NCBI RefSeq assembly: GCF_000008665.1
Contig: NC_000917.1
Span: 1,440,001 to 1,472,000, forward strand
Length of the DNA stretch: 32,000 nt
Source of the DNA: Archaeoglobus fulgidus DSM 4304
GTDB lineage: Archaea; Halobacteriota; Archaeoglobi; Archaeoglobales; Archaeoglobaceae
Direction: 5' to 3'
Made by a program: the position numbers and the translations under genes. Below are positions 8,089 to 16,264 of the stretch, in pieces. The notes beneath the pieces were generated by a model that saw only the letters and a program-made list of their open reading frames with translations, searched no databases and was not told the origin of the DNA. How positions within the stretch are numbered: position 1 is the first letter of the stretch; every line of letters starts with the position of its first letter.

Positions 8089-10299
8089 ATGCAGGTTCAG
8101 GTTTCGCTCAGCAGGGACCTCTCCTTCTTCGACATAACAATGATTGGAATCGCCGGCATGATTGGTGCTGGCGTTTTCGCTCTTACTGGTATCGCAGCGG
8201 GTATTGCAGGGCCCGCTATCATTCTTGCATTCTTTCTCAACGGAATAATCGCAACTCTCACGGGCTTGGCCTATGCGGAACTTGGTTCAGCGATGCCTCA
8301 GGCTGGAGGAGGGTATCTGTGGATTAAGGAGGCGATGGGGGATTATGCTGGCTTCATGGCGGGCTGGATTGACTGGGCCGCTCACACCATCGCCTGTGCC
8401 CTTTACGCGGTGACCTTCGGAGCCTTTTTTGCGGAGATGCTTGTTGGCTTTGTTGGTTTACCTCTACCTCACGTTTTGACCGCGAAGATTTCGTCGCTGG
8501 CGATGGTCAGCTTTCTTGCCTATGTTAACTACAGGGGGGCTAAGGAGAGCGGATTTCTCGGCAGCCTAGTGACGGTTTTGAAGGTTCTCATTCTTCTCGT
8601 ATTTGCAGGGTTTGGAATCATCAAAATGCTGAGCTATCCTGACTGGCAAAGCTCTTTCACACCCTTCTTCCCCACAGGCTTCGCAGGGGTGCTTGCGGCA
8701 ATGGGGCTGACCTTCATTGCCTTCGAGGGCTTTGAGATAATCGTCCAGAGCGGTGAGGAGGTTAAGGACCCCGAGAAGAACATTCCCAAAGCAATAGTCG
8801 TTTCGCTGTGGGTTGCAGTTGCCATTTACATTCTCATTGCCTTCTCTCTTCTGGGGGCTGTTAGGGCTGATGTGCCGAGCTGGATGTATCTCGGCCAGCT
8901 GGCGGAGCTGAGCCTTGTCAAGGTTGCGGACAGCATCATGCCCCTTGGCGGGTGGATGATTCTGGCAGGAGGGCTGATTTCAACCATAAGCGCAATGAAC
9001 GCCACAATTTACTCCTCCTCGAGGGTAATCTTTGCTTTAAGCCGCTCCGGCTACCTACACCGCTCTCTTTCAGCGATAAACGAGAGAACCAAAACCCCAC
9101 ACTACGCCATCTTTTTCAGCTATATTATAATCGCCGCAGCTTCTCTCGCTCCAATTGAGGCGGTAGCATCTGCGGCAAGCCTGATGTTCATAATCCTCTT
9201 TCTCGCTGTTAACGTCACGCTCATCATTCTCCGCCTGAGGAGGCCGGACATTCAGAGCGCCTTCCGCCTTCCGCTCGTGCCGGTACTTCCAGCCATTGCC
9301 GCGGCTCTGCTCGCAGTCGTCTCATACTTCCTCATAACGCAGGTTGAACACGGAGAGGGTGTTTTCCTGATCACAATTGCGTGGATGTTCCTCGGCTCCT
9401 TCTTCTACTTTGCCTACTCCGAAAAGGAGCTGGAGAAGAGGGAGGAAGAGGAAGTAATGACGGTCTTCACCGAAAAACCTGTGGAGAAAATGGAGTACAC
9501 GATTCTCGTTCCCGTTGCAAATCCGGTAATTGCTAAAAAGCTCGTTAGGTTTGCTGAGTTAATAGCGAGGAAGAAGAAGGGGGCGGTTGTCATTCTCAAC
9601 ACCGTGAGGCTTCCTCAGCAAACTCCAATATCTGCTCCAGCTAAAGATGTGAAGAAGGCCAAGGAGCTTGTTGAAGGACTTATGAACCTCAGCGTTCCCT
9701 CGGGCGGGGTGGTAAAGGTGAGCCACAGCGTTTCGGAAGCGATTCTCAGCACCGCTGAAGAGTGGAAGGCTAACATGATCGTCATGGGATGGAGAGGCAG
9801 AACCTTCAGGAGGGACGTCGTTCTTGGCAGCACCATCGACCCTGTGCTTTTGAAGGCGAAATGCGATGTTGTGGTGATACGATTTGAACCGGGAGAGAAG
9901 ATTCCCGAATTCAGGGACGTTTTGATTTCCACAATTGGCGGACCGCACGCCAAGCTTGGTTACGAGATTGCAAGGGCTTTGGTTGAGGACAAGAGCGGAA
10001 GGATTAAGCTGCTTTACGTCGGAAGCTCGGAAAAGGAGAGGGAAAAGGCGGAGAAAGTGTTTGAAGAGGCTATGGAGATTTTGAATGGGCTTAACGTGGA
10101 AAGGGAATTTGCCATCAGCTCCTCCCCCTCTGACGTCGTGGCGAGAGAGGCGGAGAGCTTTGATTTGGTAATAGTAGGCGCATCGGAGAGAACCTTCCTG
10201 AAGAACTTTCTCACAGGACTGTTTCCGGAGAAAGTGGTTATGAAAACGTCGAAGACCGTTGCTATGACAAGGAAGTGGGTCGGGCTGCTGAATCGCTAA
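8089..10299 (+). CDS. APC-superfamily amino acid/polyamine permease fused to two C-terminal universal stress protein (UspA) domains
   Basis: About 12 predicted TM segments over roughly residues 1-440 (GAGVFALTG, FEGFEIIVQSGEEVKDPEKNIP). Two Usp-like repeats follow (ILVPVANP...MIVMGWRG and VLISTIGGPHA...LVIVGASER). A TATA-like 'aagcttatatctcc' lies ~25 nt upstream of the ATG. Confidence 0.85.
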   Translation: MQVQVSLSRDLSFFDITMIGIAGMIGAGVFALTGIAAGIAGPAIILAFFLNGIIATLTGLAYAELGSAMPQAGGGYLWIKEAMGDYAGFMAGWIDWAAHTIACALYAVTFGAFFAEMLVGFVGLPLPHVLTAKISSLAMVSFLAYVNYRGAKESGFLGSLVTVLKVLILLVFAGFGIIKMLSYPDWQSSFTPFFPTGFAGVLAAMGLTFIAFEGFEIIVQSGEEVKDPEKNIPKAIVVSLWVAVAIYILIAFSLLGAVRADVPSWMYLGQLAELSLVKVADSIMPLGGWMILAGGLISTISAMNATIYSSSRVIFALSRSGYLHRSLSAINERTKTPHYAIFFSYIIIAAASLAPIEAVASAASLMFIILFLAVNVTLIILRLRRPDIQSAFRLPLVPVLPAIAAALLAVVSYFLITQVEHGEGVFLITIAWMFLGSFFYFAYSEKELEKREEEEVMTVFTEKPVEKMEYTILVPVANPVIAKKLVRFAELIARKKKGAVVILNTVRLPQQTPISAPAKDVKKAKELVEGLMNLSVPSGGVVKVSHSVSEAILSTAEEWKANMIVMGWRGRTFRRDVVLGSTIDPVLLKAKCDVVVIRFEPGEKIPEFRDVLISTIGGPHAKLGYEIARALVEDKSGRIKLLYVGSSEKEREKAEKVFEEAMEILNGLNVEREFAISSSPSDVVAREAESFDLVIVGASERTFLKNFLTGLFPEKVVMKTSKTVAMTRKWVGLLNR

Positions 10300-10637
10300 A
10301 CCTTTTCCATTTTCTTTGCAAATTTTCTGTAGATTTCAAACAGCTCAGGAGTTGCGAGGTGTATTTCGAAGGGGGCAAAGACGTCAATATCTTTGAGAAT
10401 TTGCCCAACAATTTTCGCCCTGTCCTCGTTTCTTTTTGGAACATGTTTGGATACGATTAAGATGTCGATGTCGTTCGCTGGAGTGTGTCTGCCCTCAACA
10501 ACCGAGCCGAAAACGTACACTTCAGCATCCTCAAGCATTTTTTTGGCCAGCTTCTTTATGATCTTGGCATAGTGGCGGTAGTTCTCGAAGTACTTCCTCT
10601 CCTCTCTGGCCGTTTCAATGAAAACATCAAAGCTCAT
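10296..10637 (-). CDS. Minimal nucleotidyltransferase (MNT) domain protein, partner of the adjacent HEPN protein
   Basis: Polymerase-beta-type NTase motif GSVVEGRHTPANDIDILIV. ATGA overlap with the HEPN gene stop. Confidence 0.85.
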   Translation of the reverse strand: MSFDVFIETAREERKYFENYRHYAKIIKKLAKKMLEDAEVYVFGSVVEGRHTPANDIDILIVSKHVPKRNEDRAKIVGQILKDIDVFAPFEIHLATPELFEIYRKFAKKMEKV

Positions 10638-11020
10638 AAGGCATCAACCAGATCTCGGATTTTCCTCGCCAATTTTAGCATGTTCTCAACTTCTATCCTC
10701 TCAAATTCCGATGGAATGTAGCGGGAGGTTATGTAGGCATTCTCCACATTGGAGATTCTGTCTATGTTCTCCCTCATGAACTCCTCAACAGCATCAATTT
10801 TTCCCGAAGCCTTCCCAATCTCCCTGAGTAATCGCTTTATCGAGGGCGTTTTCGGATAATCGCCAACTTTTTTGAAAAGAGCGTACTTCAGGTAAAGCTC
10901 GACAAATTGCTGGATGTTGAAGGCTGCAATATCGTAAACCCCAGATTCAATCAACTGTTCAGCATTTTTAAGGAACTTGAAAGCTCTCTCCCTTAAAATT
11001 TCCATTTCCTCAATGCCCAT
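10634..11020 (-). CDS. HEPN domain protein (HEPN/MNT toxin-antitoxin module)
   Basis: 128-aa helical protein ending in the HEPN-family block NAYITSRYIPSEF (compare the canonical YYIPTRYPD). Translationally coupled to the MNT gene. Confidence 0.8.
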   Translation of the reverse strand: MGIEEMEILRERAFKFLKNAEQLIESGVYDIAAFNIQQFVELYLKYALFKKVGDYPKTPSIKRLLREIGKASGKIDAVEEFMRENIDRISNVENAYITSRYIPSEFERIEVENMLKLARKIRDLVDAL

Positions 11021-11038
11021 TGAAGTTTAATTGGCACC

Positions 11039-11052
11039 AAAAGTAATTAACC
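11039..11052. promoter_or_regulatory. Single central AT-rich box shared by divergent leaderless genes (HEPN at 11020, radical SAM at 11071)
   Basis: 'aaaagtaattaacc' is the best TATA-like element in the 50-nt spacer. Its centre is 25-26 nt from both start codons. Confidence 0.45.
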
Positions 11053-11070
11053 TTTCCATCAACAGCCATT

Positions 11071-12036
11071 ATGCCCAAACTCGGCTTCGTTCAGGTTGAG
11101 GTTTCGACGAGGTGTCAGCTTAGCTGCCTGATGTGCCCGAAATCCTGCTTTAGCGATGAGTGGATAGCCAAGGACATGAATATGGAAACTTTCAGGCTCA
11201 TCCCCTTCAAAAAGTTCCATTACGCCCATCTGCAGGGCTGGGGGGAGCCTCTGCTCAACCCGAACATTGGGGAGATGGTTGATATTGCTGCAAAAAGCTG
11301 CAAAGTTGGTTTGACGACCAACGGCCTGCTAATTGACCACCATATCGACTCAATCCTGAAGCTCGACCTTCTTGCCGTCTCAGTTGCAAGCGGTGATGCG
11401 AGACAGCATGAAAGGGTGAGGGGATGCAGCCTTGAAAAGCTTGCAGGGAATATAAAGCTTGTCTCAGAGAGCAGAGGCAAAAGGCCGAAAATCGTGATTG
11501 CGACGATGATGCTGAAATCCACAATTGAGTCTCTCCCCAAACTCATCGATTTCGCCGCCGAATGCGGGGCGGATGAGGTTATAGCCAACAACCTCGATTA
11601 CATTCCCTCGAAAGAGCTTGTGGGAGAGGAGGTTTTTGGGTTAACGGCTGATAAAGACGTGGAAAAGGCTGTGGAGCAGGCTGGAAAGAGGGCGGAGGAG
11701 CTGGGAATTGGCTTTATCGCAAAGCCGAGACTGATGGAGGAGGCTTTGGTCTGTGCAGAAAACCCGGTGGAGAACTGCGTTGTTGCAGTTGATGGCAGAA
11801 TTGCTCCCTGCGCTTACCTCAATCTGCCCACAGCAAGCGAAACAATTCCAAGGTGGTTCAGGGGAAGGACTGTGGAGGTTCCGAAGGTTTACTTCTCCAG
11901 CTTTAAGGAGTGGTTGAAGAGCGATTTCAGAGACACCTTTAAGAGACGCCTTCAGGTTCTCCACCAGTCTCTGCCAACCGAACTCCCTCCACTCCCACAG
12001 CCCTGCAGAACCTGCTACAAGGCCTATTCAGTCTAA
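11071..12036 (+). CDS. Radical SAM enzyme with C-terminal SPASM/twitch-like cysteine cluster
   Basis: CX3CX2C (CQLSCLMC) at residues 15-22, GWGEPLLNP and GLTTNG blocks. C-terminal cysteines: CAENPVENCVVAVDGRIAPC ... CRTC. Confidence 0.8.
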   Translation: MPKLGFVQVEVSTRCQLSCLMCPKSCFSDEWIAKDMNMETFRLIPFKKFHYAHLQGWGEPLLNPNIGEMVDIAAKSCKVGLTTNGLLIDHHIDSILKLDLLAVSVASGDARQHERVRGCSLEKLAGNIKLVSESRGKRPKIVIATMMLKSTIESLPKLIDFAAECGADEVIANNLDYIPSKELVGEEVFGLTADKDVEKAVEQAGKRAEELGIGFIAKPRLMEEALVCAENPVENCVVAVDGRIAPCAYLNLPTASETIPRWFRGRTVEVPKVYFSSFKEWLKSDFRDTFKRRLQVLHQSLPTELPPLPQPCRTCYKAYSV

Positions 12037-12270
12037 ATCGAACACAACCGTCCTGTTGAAGTAGTGCGGATGGAACTGTCTCATCCATTCGGGAATCGTC
12101 GAGTAGTCGAACTTCATGAAAATCTCCACCCTTCCCTTGTAGCCAGCCTTCCTCAGCTCAAGCTCAAGGTTTCTGTCGAGCTCATCCAGAGAGTGGCCTT
12201 TGGCCACAATTTCTTCATTCTCCGCAACCCAGACATCCCCAAATCTTAGAGTGAAACTGAGCTTCACCAT
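12028..12270 (-). CDS. Small hypothetical protein (80 aa); possibly a HicB-like fold
   Basis: ORF with its own TATA-like 'tttttttatttt' ~22 nt upstream. The sequence MVKLSFTLRFGDVWVAENEEIVAKGHSLDELDRNLELELRKAG loosely fits the HicB/DUF1902 pattern. Its 3' end overlaps the radical SAM 3' end by 9 nt. The function call is weak. Confidence 0.5.
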   Translation of the reverse strand: MVKLSFTLRFGDVWVAENEEIVAKGHSLDELDRNLELELRKAGYKGRVEIFMKFDYSTIPEWMRQFHPHYFNRTVVFDLD

Positions 12271-12300
12271 AAAAAATCACATAACCTCAAAATAAAAAAA

Positions 12301-12534
12301 TTAGGTGTAAAGGTGGGCGATCATCTGGTAGCTGATGTAGTAAAGAATGCCCAGCAGTATTATTGCCAGAATCAGGCTCGCTATGACCAGCTTTTTCTCT
12401 ATGGGCAGTATCTCCTCCATGCCCACGATGACTCTCTCTGTTCCGCACGCTGCACATCTGAGTATCTCTCTGTCTCCCTCAGAGACTATCTCGGCCATCT
12501 TTCCGCAGTTCGGACAGGGCTCCTCTCTCGCCAT
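12301..12534 (-). CDS. Zinc-ribbon protein with C-terminal transmembrane anchor (77 aa)
   Basis: CPNCG...CAACG four-cysteine ribbon followed by the hydrophobic LVIASLILAIILLGILYYISY. ATG 12534 is preceded by the SD 'gaggtggtga'. The ORF-track start at 12543 is a GTG inside that SD. Confidence 0.65.
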   Translation of the reverse strand: MAREEPCPNCGKMAEIVSEGDREILRCAACGTERVIVGMEEILPIEKKLVIASLILAIILLGILYYISYQMIAHLYT

Positions 12535-12544
12535 TTTCACCACC

Positions 12545-14052
12545 TCACTTCAGGAACAGCAGGTGCACGTCGTGGAAGAACAGGTAGCTTATGGCCAGTC
12601 CAATCCAGATGATGAAGCCGAAGAGGCAGACGAAGTACACTAAAGCGAGCCTGCCGAGCCCCTCTTTGCGCAACACTGAGAAGTCGGATATCACTCCGAT
12701 GCTGAAGAAGGTCAGGGCGAAGAATATCCTCCTGAGGCTGTTCATCTCGTTGACTGCAGCGCTGAATGGAGCGTAAGCTGCCTTGAACTGCTCGGTGGTC
12801 AGCTCGGAAACGCTGACTCCAAGGCTCGCTGCGTAGGCGTTGATTGCTGCTGATGTGAGCCATGCAACGATGACGAAGGTCAGGAAGTAGCCGATGACGA
12901 ACTTGGGGAATCTGTACCAGATTTCAACTTTCTCCACCTTCTCTCCCGGCCTTCTCTCGATCCAGTAAACCCAGACAACTGCAAGGATGAATGCCCATAC
13001 GCCAATGAATATGTCAATGAATATCTTCGTCGTAACAGCGGCGTTGAGAATCCAGCCTTTGAGTGGTTCGTATTCAGGATTCCAGCCCAGTATCAGAGCT
13101 TCAACCACTTCACACTTGCAGTGGCAGCACCGTCGGTTTTGACAGCGAGTCCCATCCATGCTCCAGCCACGAGGGGCTGGTGCTGCAGGAAGGTTGCGGC
13201 AAGGAAAGGTAGGAAGAGCAGCTCAACCACAGCAAAGACGATAACGAGCGATGCAACCATGACTGGCACCACTGGCCTTGCCCTGATGGCTCCTCCAGTT
13301 GCTATGGCCGCTGAAACACCGCAAATTGAGATACCCGACGCAAGCGGAGCAGCCCACTCCCTGCTGAAGCCGAAGTACCTCCTTGCAACCCAGTAAACGA
13401 GGGCCCAGTAAATCAGGTAGGCTTCTACAATTGCACAGAGACCTCTGAAGAGGTAGTTGTACAGAATCTCAGGTGGAATCGTAGGAGCCTTGATACCCAC
13501 AACAGCACCGAGCAGAACGATGGCAGTTTTGATGAACCACTCGGGCTTGGCAGCTTCTTTAAGCCAGTTGGCAAAGCCCTTGAAGAAGTTTCCTATAATC
13601 AGGCCGAGAATCAGAGCAAAGATGTATCCTGCCTCGCCCGTCATGCGCAGCGACCACGGCACTCCAGCCTTTGCTGGGTCAGTTGCTGCAATGTAGGCAT
13701 TGTGGCCAATCACCCAGCAAATCCATGTTAAGATGAATATTACTGTAAAGGCCGCGGCAAACTTTCCACCCTTCCAGCCCATCGCTACAGCGCCGATGGT
13801 TGTGAGAATCAGCAGAACAAGCCATGATACAACAAAGGAGCCAATCGGTCCGAGGTAGGCAAAGTTCTTGCTCGTCGGCCCCATGGCTTTTGAAACATCA
13901 ACCCAGGTGCTTGACTTTACTACCCATCCCATGATGTCCGCACCGTACGCAGTAGCAAGGCAAAGCACGAACAGCAGCATTCCAAGCCAGAAAGCCCACC
14001 AGTCCTCTTTCTTCCACAGTGAAGACCAGTCAATTCTCCTCTCTTCTGCCAT
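12545..14052 (-). pseudogene. Long UPF0324 / YeiH-like (putative sulfate-exporter family) membrane transporter, interrupted by a 1-nt frameshift (ORFs 13093..14067 and 12545..13159)
   Basis: Family motif GISICGVSAAIATGGAIRA. The N-terminal frame ends ...GLAVKTDGAATASVKWLKL* while the overlapping frame continues EVVEALILGWNP...TTKIFIDIFIG, colinear with the YeiH block HDTSQVVGAG...IVKMTRVMMLAP. The shift lies within 13096..13159. Start ATG 14052 follows the SD 'gaggtggtggt'. Confidence 0.75.
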
Positions 14053-14158
14053 ACCACCACCTCTCAACCGTCCACTACTCGCAAATCAACAAATCCCACA
14101 TTCATAATTTGGTTTTAACAAAATATTAGAATATCGTCAAAAAAAGCGTCAAATAGTG

Positions 14159-16264
14159 TTATGCTACCCTCATAACCTCCCTTCCCTCTTCTGTGACCTC
14201 CAGAACCTTCATTCTTCCATCTTTAATCATTTTGATTAGTCCCCTTTCAGCGAGATACGCCACCCTCTTTTTGGCCGTGTTCCTCGTTATGCCAAAGTTG
14301 GTCATGACATCCTTTATTGAAGGCCTCTCCCCCACTCTGTTTTGGGCGTAAACGAACCTAAGAATTTCGTAGATTTCTGCAGGCATCTCAATTTTCTTGC
14401 TCTTTATGGCGCAGCACTCCATCTTCAACAGCTTCATCTCCCTCTCACCGAGCAGCTCGCTTTCCGTGCACACAACCAGAATCCCCTTGTTAAGAACGAA
14501 GAAAACATCCTTGAGCCTCTGTATAAGCTCATAAACCTCCTCGAAGTTCCTCTTTATCAGAAGGTAGTCGATGTCGAGCAGCACAGCATTCTTCCATCCC
14601 GGCATGTTCAAAATCTCCCTGTATATTCTGTCCGGGTCAGGTTCAAGTGTGCCGTCTCTTTTCTTTGCAGAGAGCATAAGGTGGTTACCCTCCTCGATTC
14701 CGAGAACCTCTGGATATCTTCTGCTTATCACCCTACCATTGTAACCGCACCTAATTAGGTCGTTAATAACGTCCACCGCCGTGTCGAAGCTGTCAGCGAA
14801 GTAAACTCTCCCCCTCTCAACCTCATACTTCAGCATTCTCCTCTCTGCCTCCCTCTCTGCCTGCCTCTTTTCTGAAATGTCTCTCGTAATTATCGAAATT
14901 CCTGAAAGCTCTCCCATCTCGTTGAGCAGTGGAGAAACTGTGACCTCCACGTCAATGACCACTCCGTCTTTCCTTAACCTTCTCGTCTCGAACCTCAGTC
15001 CAGACTCTCCTTCCCTTATTCTCCTGATTATGAACTCCGTCTCACCCTTAATCTCCTCAGGAAGGAGCTTGGAAGCCGGCATCCCCAGTGCCTCATCTCT
15101 TCTCCACCCAAAAAGTCTTTCGGCAGTCCTGTTCCAGCTCGTTATCTTCCCTTCTAGGTTTACGGAGTAAATGGCGTCATTGGAGTTCTCCACAATGCTT
15201 GCAAGCTGCTGCAGCCCTTTCTGAACTTCGAGAATTTCTCTCGTCCTTCTTTCCAGCTCTTCGCATGTGTTCTTAAGCTCAATTTCAGCCTTCTTCCTCC
15301 TCGTTATGTCTCTCATTATGGCCACAAAGCCTATAACTTCTCCATTGGAATCGTGAATGCTGGTGAGAGTCTGGTCAACTATTATCATCTCTCCATCCTT
15401 CCTTATTCTCGGAGCCTCAATGTCCTTGACATGTCCCTCAACAACTGCTCTCTTGAAGTTCTCGGTGCACTGCTGCCAGCGCTCCTTGGGCATTAAGAAG
15501 TTTAGAGGCTTCCCTACAGCTTCCTCGGCAGTATAGCCAAACATCATCTCCGCACCGCGATTCCACACCGTAATTCTGCTGTCAACATCAAGAATGACTA
15601 TGGCATCGACAGAGTGCTCAAGAATCTCTCTGAAGAAGGCAAGCTGTCTCTCGATTTTTCTTCTTGTAGAGATGTCTCTGGCGAGGCATCTGTAAGTTCC
15701 ACCGTCCTTTTTTACGATAACTTCAACAGGGGTTATTTTTCCGTCTTTAATTATTTCGTACTCAAATTTTCCAGATTCGAGCTTCTCAACGGGAAAATGC
15801 TCGAGGACGTCTCTTACGGGCTTTCCCTGAACATCTCCGAACTTGTCCCTAAAATTGGGGGACGCAAAAGTGATACAGTAATGGCTGTCGAGCTCAAAAA
15901 GCCAGCCATCCATCTCCTCAACAACACTCCTGAACCTCCTCTCACTCTCTTCCAGCGACTCTTTTTCTTTCCTAAGCTCTTCAACCATCCAGTTAAAGGC
16001 CTTTGCCAGTTCTCCAAACTCATCGGTGGATTTGGGAGTCACTGTTCTAATCTCTCCACTCACCACACTCTGAAAGGCATCCCTAAGTTCCTCCAACGGC
16101 TCAAGGATGCTTCCAGCAGAGAAGAGAGAGACAATCAGGACTATAACCACCACGTAGAGGTAGTATACTGGTGGAACGCCCATCTCCACCAGAGAAATTC
16201 CGAGAAGCAGTGAAAGGATGGATATTACGGTTAGCATCAGAACAAATCTGACGAAAACTTTCAT
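14159..16264 (-). CDS. Membrane-anchored signal-transduction protein with no kinase domain: 2 TM, HAMP, PAS repeats (3 by my count), DUF835-like domain, C-terminal winged HTH
   Basis: Start ATG 16264 (MKVFVRFVLMLTVISIL) forms an ATGA overlap with the upstream UPF0324 gene stop. HAMP-like LEPLEELRDAFQSVVSGEI...FGELAKAFNWMVEELRK. PAS cores include DAIVILDVDSRITVWNRGAEMMFGY and DAIYSVNLEGKITSWNRTAERLFGW. The C-terminal LLDIDYLLIKRNFEEVYELIQRLKD block resembles DUF835 by recollection, then TRNTAKKRVAYLAERGLIK. No H-box or HATPase motifs. Confidence 0.8.
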   Translation of the reverse strand: MKVFVRFVLMLTVISILSLLLGISLVEMGVPPVYYLYVVVIVLIVSLFSAGSILEPLEELRDAFQSVVSGEIRTVTPKSTDEFGELAKAFNWMVEELRKEKESLEESERRFRSVVEEMDGWLFELDSHYCITFASPNFRDKFGDVQGKPVRDVLEHFPVEKLESGKFEYEIIKDGKITPVEVIVKKDGGTYRCLARDISTRRKIERQLAFFREILEHSVDAIVILDVDSRITVWNRGAEMMFGYTAEEAVGKPLNFLMPKERWQQCTENFKRAVVEGHVKDIEAPRIRKDGEMIIVDQTLTSIHDSNGEVIGFVAIMRDITRRKKAEIELKNTCEELERRTREILEVQKGLQQLASIVENSNDAIYSVNLEGKITSWNRTAERLFGWRRDEALGMPASKLLPEEIKGETEFIIRRIREGESGLRFETRRLRKDGVVIDVEVTVSPLLNEMGELSGISIITRDISEKRQAEREAERRMLKYEVERGRVYFADSFDTAVDVINDLIRCGYNGRVISRRYPEVLGIEEGNHLMLSAKKRDGTLEPDPDRIYREILNMPGWKNAVLLDIDYLLIKRNFEEVYELIQRLKDVFFVLNKGILVVCTESELLGEREMKLLKMECCAIKSKKIEMPAEIYEILRFVYAQNRVGERPSIKDVMTNFGITRNTAKKRVAYLAERGLIKMIKDGRMKVLEVTEEGREVMRVA

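Noticed and set aside
15614-16213. 199-aa plus-strand ORF inside the sensor gene (also 14342..14758 and 14877..15170)
   Set aside because: Antisense shadow ORFs of the PAS-repeat gene. No motifs.
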